DNA from: Candidatus Freyarchaeum deiterrae
GTDB lineage: Archaea > Asgardarchaeota > Jordiarchaeia > Jordiarchaeales > Jordiarchaeaceae
NCBI GenBank assembly: GCA_037305845.1
Contig: CP147778.1
Coordinates: forward strand, 2,240,001-2,304,000
Length of the DNA: 64,000 nucleotides
Direction of reading: 5' to 3'
This document shows positions 53,695-63,309 of the stretch, in pieces. The notes below the pieces were generated by a model. The model had not been told where the DNA came from. It worked only from the letters and a program-made list of their open reading frames with translations, and made no database searches. Every line of letters begins with the position of its first letter. The stretch's first letter is position 1. A program made the position numbers and the translations under genes.

Positions 53695-54183
53695 TCACCG
53701 GTGTTTTAACATTTTTAATACGGTAAATGGGATCTACTTGTTCCAACGAATCTAAAGTACGCCTTACTATGCGACTATGAAATATTAAAATCTTACATAA
53801 ACTAATCCAATTGCACAGTACGTGTTAACTGGCGCCTATATAAAACTAATCAAACCATAAAATGGTTGCTCTAAACAAATATGTCCTTATATTTTTAATG
53901 TTGAACTCCATTCTAAAGTTAAATATCATTTATATAACACAGTAAACCTCATTATTACAACACTAGTTAATTCCAAAAAAGGATGCAAATTAATGATTTT
54001 CAATACAAAAACCCGCCATTAACTTTCTTTATGTAAGAAATTACAATTTTTTTCTTTCAAAAAAATAGAAAAAATAAAAAGGATTATAAATATCGAAAAA
54101 GAATATATTAAACTTAGGTAACTTTTTATTTAGTAACCAATTAACAGGTCGAAAATCAAGAATAATATTGAAAGGTGTTTAAG

Positions 54184-54345
54184 ATGTCAGAAAGCACATC
54201 ATCTGTGAGAGTAAAATGCCCCAAATGTGGTGGAATTAATATAAAACAGGTACAAGATAAAGGAAAGGTAATAAGCTACGCCGGACAAACACCGATCTAC
54301 AAAAAAGTCTGGAAATGCAAAGATTGCGGAGCCAGCTGGGAATAG
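54184..54345 (+). CDS. Small C4 zinc-ribbon protein, 53 aa, missed by the ORF track
   Basis: KCPKCGG...WKCKDCGASWE*, GGTG SD upstream. Confidence 0.8.
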   Translation: MSESTSSVRVKCPKCGGINIKQVQDKGKVISYAGQTPIYKKVWKCKDCGASWE

Positions 54346-54684
54346 GAACCTCTCCGAAATTTCATAAATACAAAAAATCAAAAGCCTACTCCATAAATCT
54401 CCTTACAGGTTCCTAACCAATATCTAAGACCTTTCCCCTCTTTCCAAACCCAAGCCTACCAAAACAGCGAAATGTATCCGACTAAACGTTGAGAGGGAAA
54501 GAATAGAAAGCTAACATTTGCCGGTTCTCCTCTTTTTTTTCCAACAAACCCAGTGATGCTTTACCTTTATTCAATACTTTTTGATATCCGACATTTGAAA
54601 TTTTTTTTTAATATGAAATGATATTAGTGAAAAACTTTATATGTCGCCAAAAGGCTAATTTCATTAGTTGAGGAGCTATTCATT

Positions 54685-55155
54685 ATGGCAGACGAGTTTA
54701 GTGAGCTACTTGCCGATTTTGGCAATGATAAAAAAGTAAAAGAACTAGCCGAAATTATTCAAGGAGTGGTAAAAATACTCCTGAATGCAGTCGACATGCT
54801 TGAGGGAAGAATGAACCAAATAGATAACCGAATGAATGGCCTGGAAAAATACGTTAATAGTAGAATGGACGATTTACAAAGGTTTGGCGGATCCGCCGAT
54901 CCTAGAGGAGAAAAACGAAAAGCCTCTGCAGATTCTGATAGAGATGATTCGGACTATAAGTCAGGTAGCAGGGAAACTGGTCCATATTCCCGTCCAACAC
55001 CTGCACCTGCATACGGAGCACCAGGAGGAACTGCTACAGCAAGCGGTCCCGGTCCAGCGCCTGGAGGCGGAACCGGAGGCCCCATGACTGCAAGGATGCA
55101 ACTACAAGGCGAATTAAAAGATCTCTTTTCTAGGATGCGCTCAAGAAGAGGCTAA
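54685..55155 (+). CDS. Coiled coil + Gly/Pro-rich linker + C-terminal amphipathic helix
   Basis: GAGGAG SD; heptads; PGPAPGGG linker; tail ARMQLQGELKDLFSRMR. Confidence 0.72.
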   Translation: MADEFSELLADFGNDKKVKELAEIIQGVVKILLNAVDMLEGRMNQIDNRMNGLEKYVNSRMDDLQRFGGSADPRGEKRKASADSDRDDSDYKSGSRETGPYSRPTPAPAYGAPGGTATASGPGPAPGGGTGGPMTARMQLQGELKDLFSRMRSRRG

Positions 55156-55346
55156 ATAACAGTAAATAGATTTTCAGCCAGCACTACTATTATTGAACTT
55201 AATCACTCCCTCTATCCTTAATTACTGGACAGTATAAATGAAGTCTGATTCGGCTTGGTTTTTGATTGTACTTTAAAAATTAGAAAACCTAATTTTAAGT
55301 AAAATAAACTAATATTTTGAGTATATATAAGAAAAAAGGAGGAGTA

Positions 55347-56660
55347 TTAATTTTTACTCTTGAGCTTTTTGACCTCCGCCAATAGAGCTTCCAGAATCTC
55401 TTTGTCTGATAAGCAGCCCTCTGGCGCGTCTATAACCTTTCTTAATCTAATTGGGACGTGATCCATTCGATAGGCGGTTCCTTCACATTCTATACCTGCT
55501 ATAGCTGGAGGCAAAATTACAGAAGCAACCTCGGTGGTCGGGTTTATGTGAGGTTCAATGGCAATTACGGGTAGTTTAGCCATATAAAATATGCTGCTGG
55601 CAGGAAAGTGTGAGACTGGATCCGAAGCTATTGCCAAAACTGCGTCTGCTTCTTCTCTCTGAAGAACATCGTTAGAAGTAGTTTCTCCCGGATTATAATA
55701 CGGGTAACCTCTCTGATAGTCTACACCGAATGGGTAACCCGATTGCCAACATGCAACCTGACTAAAGCCTGCAACGTTATAATGACCTCTCATCGCCATT
55801 ATAACCCATTTAGAGTACTTATTCAAGTCGATGGTTAGACTGATTGCGTTTTCGATGTTTCTATGCTTACCTCGGGACATGGTTAATCCTAAACCGAAGA
55901 AGATTACGCCGAATCCCGCGTTTTTCATTAGTTCCGCAACTTCCTGAATCTTGGAAACAGGCACCCCACCCACATCTTCTCCTCGGACGGGCAGTCCCTT
56001 TATTGCGGCTCTAAAAGCATCAAAAAGCTCGTAATCATACCCCGGCTTAATCTGTAGGAAATGATCCGCAAGCCTCGCAGTATCCGTGTTACGTGTATCA
56101 ATTACTATAAGTGTTCGATCCTTTTTTCCTTGTTCTCTGAAAAATCCTCTAACAAAAGTGGTGTATCTCGCCATGTGTCTCGGGTGTGCGTGGGCAGGGT
56201 TGCATCCCCAATAAACTATGACGTCCGCCCTGTTCTTTACCTGTCCTAAAGTGCATCCCGGAATACCCACCTCTTCCACTGCAATGGTGGAAGGACCATG
56301 GCAAACACTCGCCGTATCATCTATAACCGCGTTGAGTTCTTCAGCTAACTCAAATCCAACGCGGTCAGCTTCGCATTCCGTTGAGGCCCACCCGTAGAGA
56401 AGCGGTCTCTCCGATTTTACAAGGATTTCAGCCGCCTTTTTGATAGCCTCCTCAAAAGTTGTTTCTTTAAGCTCACCCTTTTCCCTAATCATCGGTTTAG
56501 TAATTCTATGATGTTCCTGAGCATTCATGAACTTCGCGGTACCAATGGTACAGAGATTCCTAGTTTCAACTATTTTCTCATCCTCAAGGATTACTTCTCC
56601 ATCATCACAGAGTGAACCGCAAAACGGACAAACAATATCTGTCAAAACTTCTCGAGCCAA
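55347..56660 (-). CDS. fwdB: Formylmethanofuran dehydrogenase subunit B (Cys-type)
   Basis: VCPFCGSLCDD, ASVCHGP, TLGQVKNRAD, HPRH, MRGHYNV, GTAYRMD. Confidence 0.95.
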   Translation of the reverse strand: MAREVLTDIVCPFCGSLCDDGEVILEDEKIVETRNLCTIGTAKFMNAQEHHRITKPMIREKGELKETTFEEAIKKAAEILVKSERPLLYGWASTECEADRVGFELAEELNAVIDDTASVCHGPSTIAVEEVGIPGCTLGQVKNRADVIVYWGCNPAHAHPRHMARYTTFVRGFFREQGKKDRTLIVIDTRNTDTARLADHFLQIKPGYDYELFDAFRAAIKGLPVRGEDVGGVPVSKIQEVAELMKNAGFGVIFFGLGLTMSRGKHRNIENAISLTIDLNKYSKWVIMAMRGHYNVAGFSQVACWQSGYPFGVDYQRGYPYYNPGETTSNDVLQREEADAVLAIASDPVSHFPASSIFYMAKLPVIAIEPHINPTTEVASVILPPAIAGIECEGTAYRMDHVPIRLRKVIDAPEGCLSDKEILEALLAEVKKLKSKN

Positions 56661-56688
56661 ACTTATTTCCTCCTAGAATATTCTTCAG

Positions 56689-56800
56689 CTGTTTTAACTT
56701 TTGCCATGTAGAATGTTCTAACTTCTACTAAGACAAATGCTACAGTAATATAAATGTATCACCATGTCAAAACGGTATTAAAAAATAGTTTATAAAAATT
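56689..56800 (-). promoter_or_regulatory. Repeated promoter/leader cassette, copy 1 (upstream of fwdB), with 14-aa uORF at 56663-56707
   Basis: Near-identical to 57379-57448 and 58147-58260; TTTATAT TATA-like box on the minus strand. Confidence 0.8.
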
Positions 56801-56933
56801 AGAATAAAAAACCCCGAGACTTATCCAGAGATTATTCCTTAGTACCTGAATTTGTACCTAGTTCTTGTAATGCAAAGAAATAATTAGTTAACACTAAAAA
56901 AAGAGAAGGATTACACCTAACTTCTTTTCCATT

Positions 56934-57338
56934 CTATTTTACCAAAAATTTTCTTGCTATTTCGATAGCGCTTAGAATAGGCTTACCTGGAGCTGGCTCA
57001 ACGGTAACATCTACTCCTTTAAAGGAAGGCATGCCCGTAGAGTCTGTATATGGATTTATAACTTGATTAGCCCAAATTCCCATAGGTATGTAAGCAATTC
57101 CTTGATGTGGCGCATCCGGTGACTTCTCAGCTCTGACTATAACTTCGCCAAATTTTGATTTAACTAGAACAGTGTCCCCACTTAGAATTTTTAGCTTCTT
57201 CATGTCTTCAGGGTCTAGAAAGCATTTTCCGCAAGCCCTAGTATTTATGTCTCCTGACTTATCGGTCTCAATTGCTACACCCTGATCTACAGTTCTACCC
57301 GTATTCAAAATTAATTTAAGAGCGCTACTTTTGGACAT
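56934..57338 (-). CDS. fwdD: Formylmethanofuran dehydrogenase subunit D
   Basis: LNTGRTVDQG, IPMGIWAN, TDSTGMPSFKG. Confidence 0.93.
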   Translation of the reverse strand: MSKSSALKLILNTGRTVDQGVAIETDKSGDINTRACGKCFLDPEDMKKLKILSGDTVLVKSKFGEVIVRAEKSPDAPHQGIAYIPMGIWANQVINPYTDSTGMPSFKGVDVTVEPAPGKPILSAIEIARKFLVK

Positions 57339-57378
57339 TTCATTTTCCTCCTGTCACAACATTAGCATATTTTCCAGT

Positions 57379-57448
57379 CTGTTTACTCTTGCCATGTACA
57401 ACATCCTAACTACTACTAAGACAAATGCTACCATCATATAAATTTATC
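57379..57448 (-). promoter_or_regulatory. Repeated promoter/leader cassette, copy 2 (upstream of fwdD), with 13-aa uORF at 57354-57395
   Basis: Shared core TTGCCATGTA.AA..(C/T)CTAACT.CTA..A.ACAAATGCTAC....ATATAAAT.TATC. Confidence 0.78.
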
Positions 57449-57569
57449 TTCATTTAGTTTAACTCTTGGAACCATTTTTTGATATATTCCTATCTCAAAC
57501 ACAAAATGAATTAACTAAAGAAATGAGAAGTTTAATCCCAGAAAACTATAACGATTTTATTAAAGTAAT

Positions 57570-57900
57570 GCTTCGAATACAAGAACTTCGTAATCTTCGG
57601 AGATATCAAAAAATTTAGACACTCCAGAATAAGGGGAAAAACTAGAGAAGTAAAAACAACTTGAAGATACGTAATGCATCTTCACATGAGGTAAAAATAA
57701 ACGGAATCTGAATGGAGCCATCAATATCAGAAAAAGAATTTTATGTCACATGCTTAGGAGCATAGCTGTGCCAGCTGTCCGTGACCTCACGAGATGAGAA
57801 GTGAACCACCCTCAAACCTCTTCGGTGTAAGCCGCTCTAAAAGGAGACCAAATCATGATTTAGAGTGAGAGTAAGGGAGCCTCTCAAGTATCGCTAGGGG
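57570..57900 (+). pseudogene. Degraded tnpB relic with probable omegaRNA remnant
   Basis: Broken frames encode VIFGDIKKFRHSRIRGK (RuvC-II-like) and NLNGAINIRKR (RuvC-III-like); hairpin-rich 3' segment (GCTCTAAA/TTTAGAGT). Confidence 0.55.
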
Positions 57901-57907
57901 AAATAGT

Positions 57908-58168
57908 TCACTTTCTTTCAGATGTTTCAATTTTAATTGCCCCACTGGGGCAGACCTTAACGCAATCTATGTATTTACATTTTGAGCATAATTCTGGTTT
58001 AAGCACACACGCTACACCGTTAACCACACAAATAACTTCATCTGCTTTCTCAACTTGGCAAGATTCAAATCCACTCTCGTACAGTCTTCTCTCTACCCCA
58101 TAAGGACAGACAATAACACAATTGCCACATCCTTGGCATATTTCCCTGTTGATTTTCACTCTTGCCAT
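57908..58168 (-). CDS. 4Fe-4S ferredoxin (FwdG/H-like)
   Basis: CQGCGNCVIVCP and CSKC...C...CP; ATG at 58168. Confidence 0.82.
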   Translation of the reverse strand: MARVKINREICQGCGNCVIVCPYGVERRLYESGFESCQVEKADEVICVVNGVACVLKPELCSKCKYIDCVKVCPSGAIKIETSERK

Positions 58169-58260
58169 GTAGAACACCCTAACTTCTATAGAAACAAATG
58201 CTACCATAATATAAATGTATCACTAGACAAAAACGATATTCAAAACTAGTCTATAAAAAT
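58147..58260 (-). promoter_or_regulatory. Repeated promoter/leader cassette, copy 3 (native start of the ferredoxin gene)
   Basis: In this copy the conserved ATG GCA AGA GTG is the ferredoxin start codon. Confidence 0.78.
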
Positions 58261-58566
58261 TTGCAAAAATAATGAGTCCCCCTTCTCTCAAAAACAAGCT
58301 GCAACATAACCAAGAAATAAGGGAACATCTCAAGGTAAGTCCAAGTTGACACCATCAATACACCCTTCAAAAACAAAAACCTCATTTAAGAAAAAGAATT
58401 ATTAAAGCTATAAATTTAAAAGTAATTGAGAATATGTTCTAACGTAAAACTCAAACATATAATGTTATTGATGGGCTGATGGAAAAACTTCCAAGCCTCA
58501 AAACAAACCCAAACAAATTAATAAATAACCAAATACACCATAAAACTCTAAACGAGGTAGCCCTTT

Positions 58567-58818
58567 ATGGAAACCGCTAAAAACGTTTATAGAATCCATA
58601 TAAGAACCCGAATCTGCAACGGCTGCGGAGACTGTGTCACGTCATGTCCCGTGAACGCTCGATTAAGAATGGAAGGTAACACCGACGAAGAAAAATATAC
58701 GGTTGTCGTAAATAACGGAAAATGCCGAGTAGTAAACATAGACGCTTGTGATGGATGCGGCGTCTGCGTAGAATCCTGCTCAATGAAAGCCTTAAAACTG
58801 GAGCAAGCCGAAAGGTGA
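58567..58818 (+). CDS. 2[4Fe-4S] ferredoxin (FwdG-like)
   Basis: CNGCGDCVTSCPVN and CDGCGVCVESC. Confidence 0.85.
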   Translation: METAKNVYRIHIRTRICNGCGDCVTSCPVNARLRMEGNTDEEKYTVVVNNGKCRVVNIDACDGCGVCVESCSMKALKLEQAER

Positions 58819-58823
58819 GAGAA

Positions 58824-59498
58824 ATGTATCCACATTACGAGCAACAGATTAAAAAGGATAAAATAGTCACCGAAATGAAAATGTTAGATGTTGACGCGAA
58901 ACTCACACTAGACCGAGATAAATGCACGGGATGCGGAATATGCATAACCGTATGCCCCAAAGAAGCAATCGAGCGAGGACCGGTTGGAGCTGCCGATAAA
59001 AAGTTGTCCGATGTTCCTGCGGTTCTCGTTGACGAGAAGAAATGCAGTTTCTGTGGAGTTTGCGCACATCTCTGTCCCTTTGACGCTCTTGAACTCAGAA
59101 TCAACGATCAACCAAAGCTTCTGGTCGTCGAAGGAGGAGCTTTACCCCAACTAAAATACGAAGAAGTAAAACGAACTAGCGACGAAGGTAAGACTGCAAA
59201 AAAATTCTTTGAAGGGGAACTCAAAGTCCATCCTGAAAAATGTCCTGGAGGATGCGCCACCTGCACACTTATCTGCCCCACTGGAGCTTTATCAATTCCC
59301 AAGCGTGAACACCCCTGGGATAAGCCGCCAAAAATAGAGGTAGACCAAGACAAGTGTATACTTTGCGGAGTATGCGTATCCGGTTGCCCGGGTGAAGGAG
59401 CCCTCGAACTAGTAAGGACCAATGTGCTCTCGGAGGGTGAACACACAGAAATCTGGGACAAAATTGTTGAAAAATTAAAAACTCCGAAAACTTCCTAA
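58824..59498 (+). CDS. fwdF: Polyferredoxin FwdF-like (four cluster motifs)
   Basis: CTGCGICITVCP, CSFCGVCAHLCPF.AL, CP.GC.TC..ICP, CILCGVC...CP. Confidence 0.8.
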   Translation: MYPHYEQQIKKDKIVTEMKMLDVDAKLTLDRDKCTGCGICITVCPKEAIERGPVGAADKKLSDVPAVLVDEKKCSFCGVCAHLCPFDALELRINDQPKLLVVEGGALPQLKYEEVKRTSDEGKTAKKFFEGELKVHPEKCPGGCATCTLICPTGALSIPKREHPWDKPPKIEVDQDKCILCGVCVSGCPGEGALELVRTNVLSEGEHTEIWDKIVEKLKTPKTS

Positions 59499-59718
59499 TT
59501 TTCCATTCTTTTTATCTTAGGGTTAGTAATTCTCGGTTTTTCTGGGTTGCAGTTTTTTGATTTGTTTACTCACGTTAGGCACTTGGATAAAATTCGGAAG
59601 GTTCATATGTTTGTGTTCATTTCTTTTCTCAATGTTTTCTGGTTTAAAATGAAGCTAAAAATTTTTATATAAATTTGGGTATTTTTAATATTAAATAGTT
59701 ATAAGAGGAGGATGTGAA

Positions 59719-60153
59719 ATGTCAGAAGAATCCAAGCGTAAGGCATTTAAGAAGCTTGAGGAAGCCTACAAAGGGAAATTAGATGCACTCGAGGAAGTTT
59801 ACACCGCCGACTGTATCGTCCACCGAGCGCCGGGTCCCGTTTATAAAGGTCTGGAGTCCTTAAAAAAGGCCATTGCCGAATGGCGCAAAGCCTTCCCCGA
59901 CACCCAAATGACAGTAGACGAGTTAATCATCGCAGGCGACAAAGGCGCTGCTCTCTTTACCATTCAGGGCACACATAAAGCGCAAACGGAGGGCTTCCCC
60001 TTTCCACCCACCGGCAAGAAGGTGAAATTCAGGGAAGCCAGCATACTTCGTTTTAAGGGAGATAAAGTCGCCGAAGAGATTAGCTTTGGCGATAATTTGG
60101 GCTTGTTGCAACAGCTCGGCGTTATCCAGCGCGGCGTTTTACCACCAAGATAA
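59719..60153 (+). CDS. SnoaL-like ester cyclase family protein
   Basis: AFPD, GDK, GTH...F..PPTGKKV, LGLLQQLG. Confidence 0.88.
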   Translation: MSEESKRKAFKKLEEAYKGKLDALEEVYTADCIVHRAPGPVYKGLESLKKAIAEWRKAFPDTQMTVDELIIAGDKGAALFTIQGTHKAQTEGFPFPPTGKKVKFREASILRFKGDKVAEEISFGDNLGLLQQLGVIQRGVLPPR

Positions 60154-60732
60154 TATAACTATCAAAAATGAGATTTGCAATAAACAGAATTTAATAAAGC
60201 AGGAATAAAAGCCGTATAAGGTGTTATGCGAGTCTTGTGCCAAAGAAGTAATAAAAGATGAAAATCGGCATACTTAAATTTCAGAACTCTTTTTGAGTTA
60301 GAAAGCAAGGGAATAATTGATGAAAAGTTAGAAAACACTCGCTACCAAAGCTCGTGAAGCTACTAGAAGTCGAAGACATGTGTCGGTACACGGGGTGGGC
60401 CCTCGGTCAGTTAGACGCGGTTCGAAGAAACACAGCATAGGCTCTCAGAAAAATACTATTTTAATCAAAGGGACTTGAGCTTTCTCGCTAATCTTCTGTG
60501 AAGTAACCTGCCCTGCAAAGGCAAATGATTAAGCTAACCAAAAATTTTCGACTTCAATTTCTATTCAGTCAAAACAACAACCAGTTTTAAAATAAGATTC
60601 TTGAATTGGATTTATTTAAATACATAATCTCTCAACTGTTATAAAGAATAAAGGTAGATAAATCAACGAAAAAAGATAAATAATAACATGGAATATGTTG
60701 TGAAAGCTAATAAAGTACTTGAGGGACGCTTG

Positions 60733-62442
60733 ATGGCTGAACTTCTAATAAAAAACGGTTATGTTTATGACCCCACCAACAAAATTGATGGTGAAAAAAT
60801 AGATATCGCAATCAAGAACGGAAAAGTAGTAGAGGCAAGCAAACTTTCAAAAAAAGCCCAAGTTATAGAAGCTACTGGCATGGTTGTAATGCCCGGCGGA
60901 GTGGATATTCACACACATATTGCGGGACCCAAAGTAAACACTGGACGCCAGCTAAGACCCGAAGACCACAGAAAAGATGTGGTACCCAAGGCTCCAGGAT
61001 TGAGATCTGGAACAGGTTACTCGGTTCCAACCACCTTTGTAACCGGTTACAGATATGCTGCTATGGGCTATACAACCTGTATCGAACCAGCAGTGCCACC
61101 CCTCGAAGCACGACACACACATGAAGAATTGAACGATATTCCAATAATTGATAAAGCTTGCTTTCCACTTTTTGGAAACAACTGGTTTGTTTTTGATTAC
61201 ATATCTAACCATGAACCCGATAAATTGGTAGCCTTTGTAGGCTGGCTACTGAGAGCCGCAAAAGGATACGCGGTGAAAATAGTTAACCCCGGCGGCGACG
61301 AAAATTGGGGATGGGGCAAAAACGTAAACAGCCTAGACGAGCCCATAACCCATTTTGAACTCTCACCAAGAGAAATATTAGAAGGACTCGCCTACGCGAA
61401 CGAAAAACTAGGACTACCACACACTATACACGTACACGGTAACAACCTAGGACACCCCGGAAACTATGAAATAACACTCGAAACATTTGAAACCATGAGA
61501 AAAATAAACGCAGCTACAGGAAGAAAAAGTGTAATGCACTTCACACACTGCCAGTTTAACGCATATGCTGGAGAGGATTGGAACACATTCGCATCAGGCG
61601 CAGAACCAATAATAGAATACATAAACACACACGACCACATTACAGTAGACTCAGGCCAAGTCCTCTTCGGAGACACAACCACAATGACCGCAGACGCTCC
61701 CTGGGAATTCGCTCTACACGGAATTAACCATCAAAAGTGGACGAATGCTGATATAGAGTTGGAGACCAGTTCTGGTGTTGTGCCATATGACTTTAGACGT
61801 AAGAACCCTGTTAATGCTGTTCAGTGGGCGATAGGGCTAGAACTCCTGCTGGGTATCACTGATCCTTGGAAAATTTGTACTACTACTGATCATCCAAATG
61901 GTGGGCCATTCTTCAAGTATCCAACATTCTTCACTTGGCTCATGAGCAAGAATGCTCGTAAAGAGATGCTTGAAAAAGCTCACGCCAACGCGTCTCAGAA
62001 AACTAAACTACCTGATTATGATAGAGAATACACTTTCGGTGAGCTTGCTGTAGTTTCGAGGGCTGGAGTTGCAAAGCTTCTGAGTTTGAAGGATAAGGGG
62101 CATCTCGGCGTTGGTGCCGACGGGGATGTTGCAATTTACAACTTTAACCCTGAAACGATGAATCCCTCAACAGACTTCAAAAAATTAGAGAAGGCTCTTG
62201 GAAACGCAGCTTACACGATAAAAGATGGAGCAATCGTAGTTAAGGATGGCAAGGTGGTTTCTTCACCCTTCGGTAAAACCATATGGGCTGACGTTCACTT
62301 GCCCAAGGACCAAGAAGAATCCATCCTTGAGGACATAAAATACAGGTTTACTTACCAGTATAGTGTAACTCTGAGAAACTATCCAGTTCAGACTGAATAT
62401 TTGCCAAAATCCATGGCGATAACAGTGGGTGATTCTAACTAA
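60733..62442 (+). CDS. fwdA: Formylmethanofuran dehydrogenase subunit A
   Basis: GGVDIHTHIAG.KVN.GR..RPEDH, KIVNPGG, HVHGNNLG.PGN, TTDHPNGGPF. Confidence 0.96.
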   Translation: MAELLIKNGYVYDPTNKIDGEKIDIAIKNGKVVEASKLSKKAQVIEATGMVVMPGGVDIHTHIAGPKVNTGRQLRPEDHRKDVVPKAPGLRSGTGYSVPTTFVTGYRYAAMGYTTCIEPAVPPLEARHTHEELNDIPIIDKACFPLFGNNWFVFDYISNHEPDKLVAFVGWLLRAAKGYAVKIVNPGGDENWGWGKNVNSLDEPITHFELSPREILEGLAYANEKLGLPHTIHVHGNNLGHPGNYEITLETFETMRKINAATGRKSVMHFTHCQFNAYAGEDWNTFASGAEPIIEYINTHDHITVDSGQVLFGDTTTMTADAPWEFALHGINHQKWTNADIELETSSGVVPYDFRRKNPVNAVQWAIGLELLLGITDPWKICTTTDHPNGGPFFKYPTFFTWLMSKNARKEMLEKAHANASQKTKLPDYDREYTFGELAVVSRAGVAKLLSLKDKGHLGVGADGDVAIYNFNPETMNPSTDFKKLEKALGNAAYTIKDGAIVVKDGKVVSSPFGKTIWADVHLPKDQEESILEDIKYRFTYQYSVTLRNYPVQTEYLPKSMAITVGDSN

Positions 62443-62457
62443 GATGAGGTGGTGTGG

Positions 62458-63285
62458 ATGGCAACAATTGAGTTGACTCCTCTTGAACAAACTAAAATTC
62501 CAATTGAAGCTGAGGCTATAAGCCCTGATAATTTTGCAGGTAAAACCGTTGAGGAAATCAAAAAACTTGATGTTTGGAGAGGTAACCGCAAGAAGAAACT
62601 TGGAGAATTATTCAAGATTGCTGGTGAAACCGCAAAGTCTGCAGGGGAAATATCTATAGTAATTAATGGGGATGTGCCCAGCTTGAAACGTATAGGGCAG
62701 GGCATGACTGCAGGAGAAATTATTATCAAGGGTAAAGTTGGCATGCATGTGGGTGCAATGATGAAGGGTGGTAAAATCACGGTGGAAAAGGATGCGGATC
62801 ACTGGGCTGGAGCTGAGATGCAGGCAGGAGAGATACATATTAAGGGTAATGCTGGGAATTATCTGGGTGCAGCTTATCGTGGTTCTTACGAGGGAATGAC
62901 ACGGCTTGAGAAGGGTGTTCAGGGAAATATAATAGTTGATGGTAACGCGGGAAGCGAAGCAGCATCACGCATGACTGATGGAAAAGTAATAATAAAAGGA
63001 AATATTGGTGCTTTTGCAGGTCTCCATATGTCAGGTGGATACATGATAATCTATGGCAATGCTCAGGAGCGAGCCGGTGGAGAGATGACCAAGGGAAAAA
63101 TCGTCGTACTTGGAAAATTATCCGAGCTACTACCTACTTTTAAATTCGAGGAAGAGGTTCCCGAAGTAGAGCTAGACGGTGAGAAGGTTAAAGGGCCTTT
63201 CCTAAGGTTCTCCGGTGACCTTTCGGAAGAAGGTAAAGGATCACTCTACGTGTCAAAGAAAAACAACACCAATTTCGCAACCTAA
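62458..63285 (+). CDS. fwdC: Formylmethanofuran dehydrogenase subunit C
   Basis: IEAE.ISPD.FAGK, G..M..G.I repeats, GAAYRG. Confidence 0.94.
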   Translation: MATIELTPLEQTKIPIEAEAISPDNFAGKTVEEIKKLDVWRGNRKKKLGELFKIAGETAKSAGEISIVINGDVPSLKRIGQGMTAGEIIIKGKVGMHVGAMMKGGKITVEKDADHWAGAEMQAGEIHIKGNAGNYLGAAYRGSYEGMTRLEKGVQGNIIVDGNAGSEAASRMTDGKVIIKGNIGAFAGLHMSGGYMIIYGNAQERAGGEMTKGKIVVLGKLSELLPTFKFEEEVPEVELDGEKVKGPFLRFSGDLSEEGKGSLYVSKKNNTNFAT

Positions 63286-63309
63286 AATGAGAGAATGTGA
63301 GGGAGGAGA

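Noticed and set aside
55347-56660. Selenocysteine recoding in fwdB
   Set aside because: The active-site position is Cys (SVCHGP) and there is no in-frame TGA.
60330-60440. GC-richer intergenic stretch before fwdA as an ncRNA or riboswitch
   Set aside because: No convincing fold. One frame reads LPKLVKLLEVED..GWALGQL, more like a HEAT-repeat gene remnant, and is too short to call.
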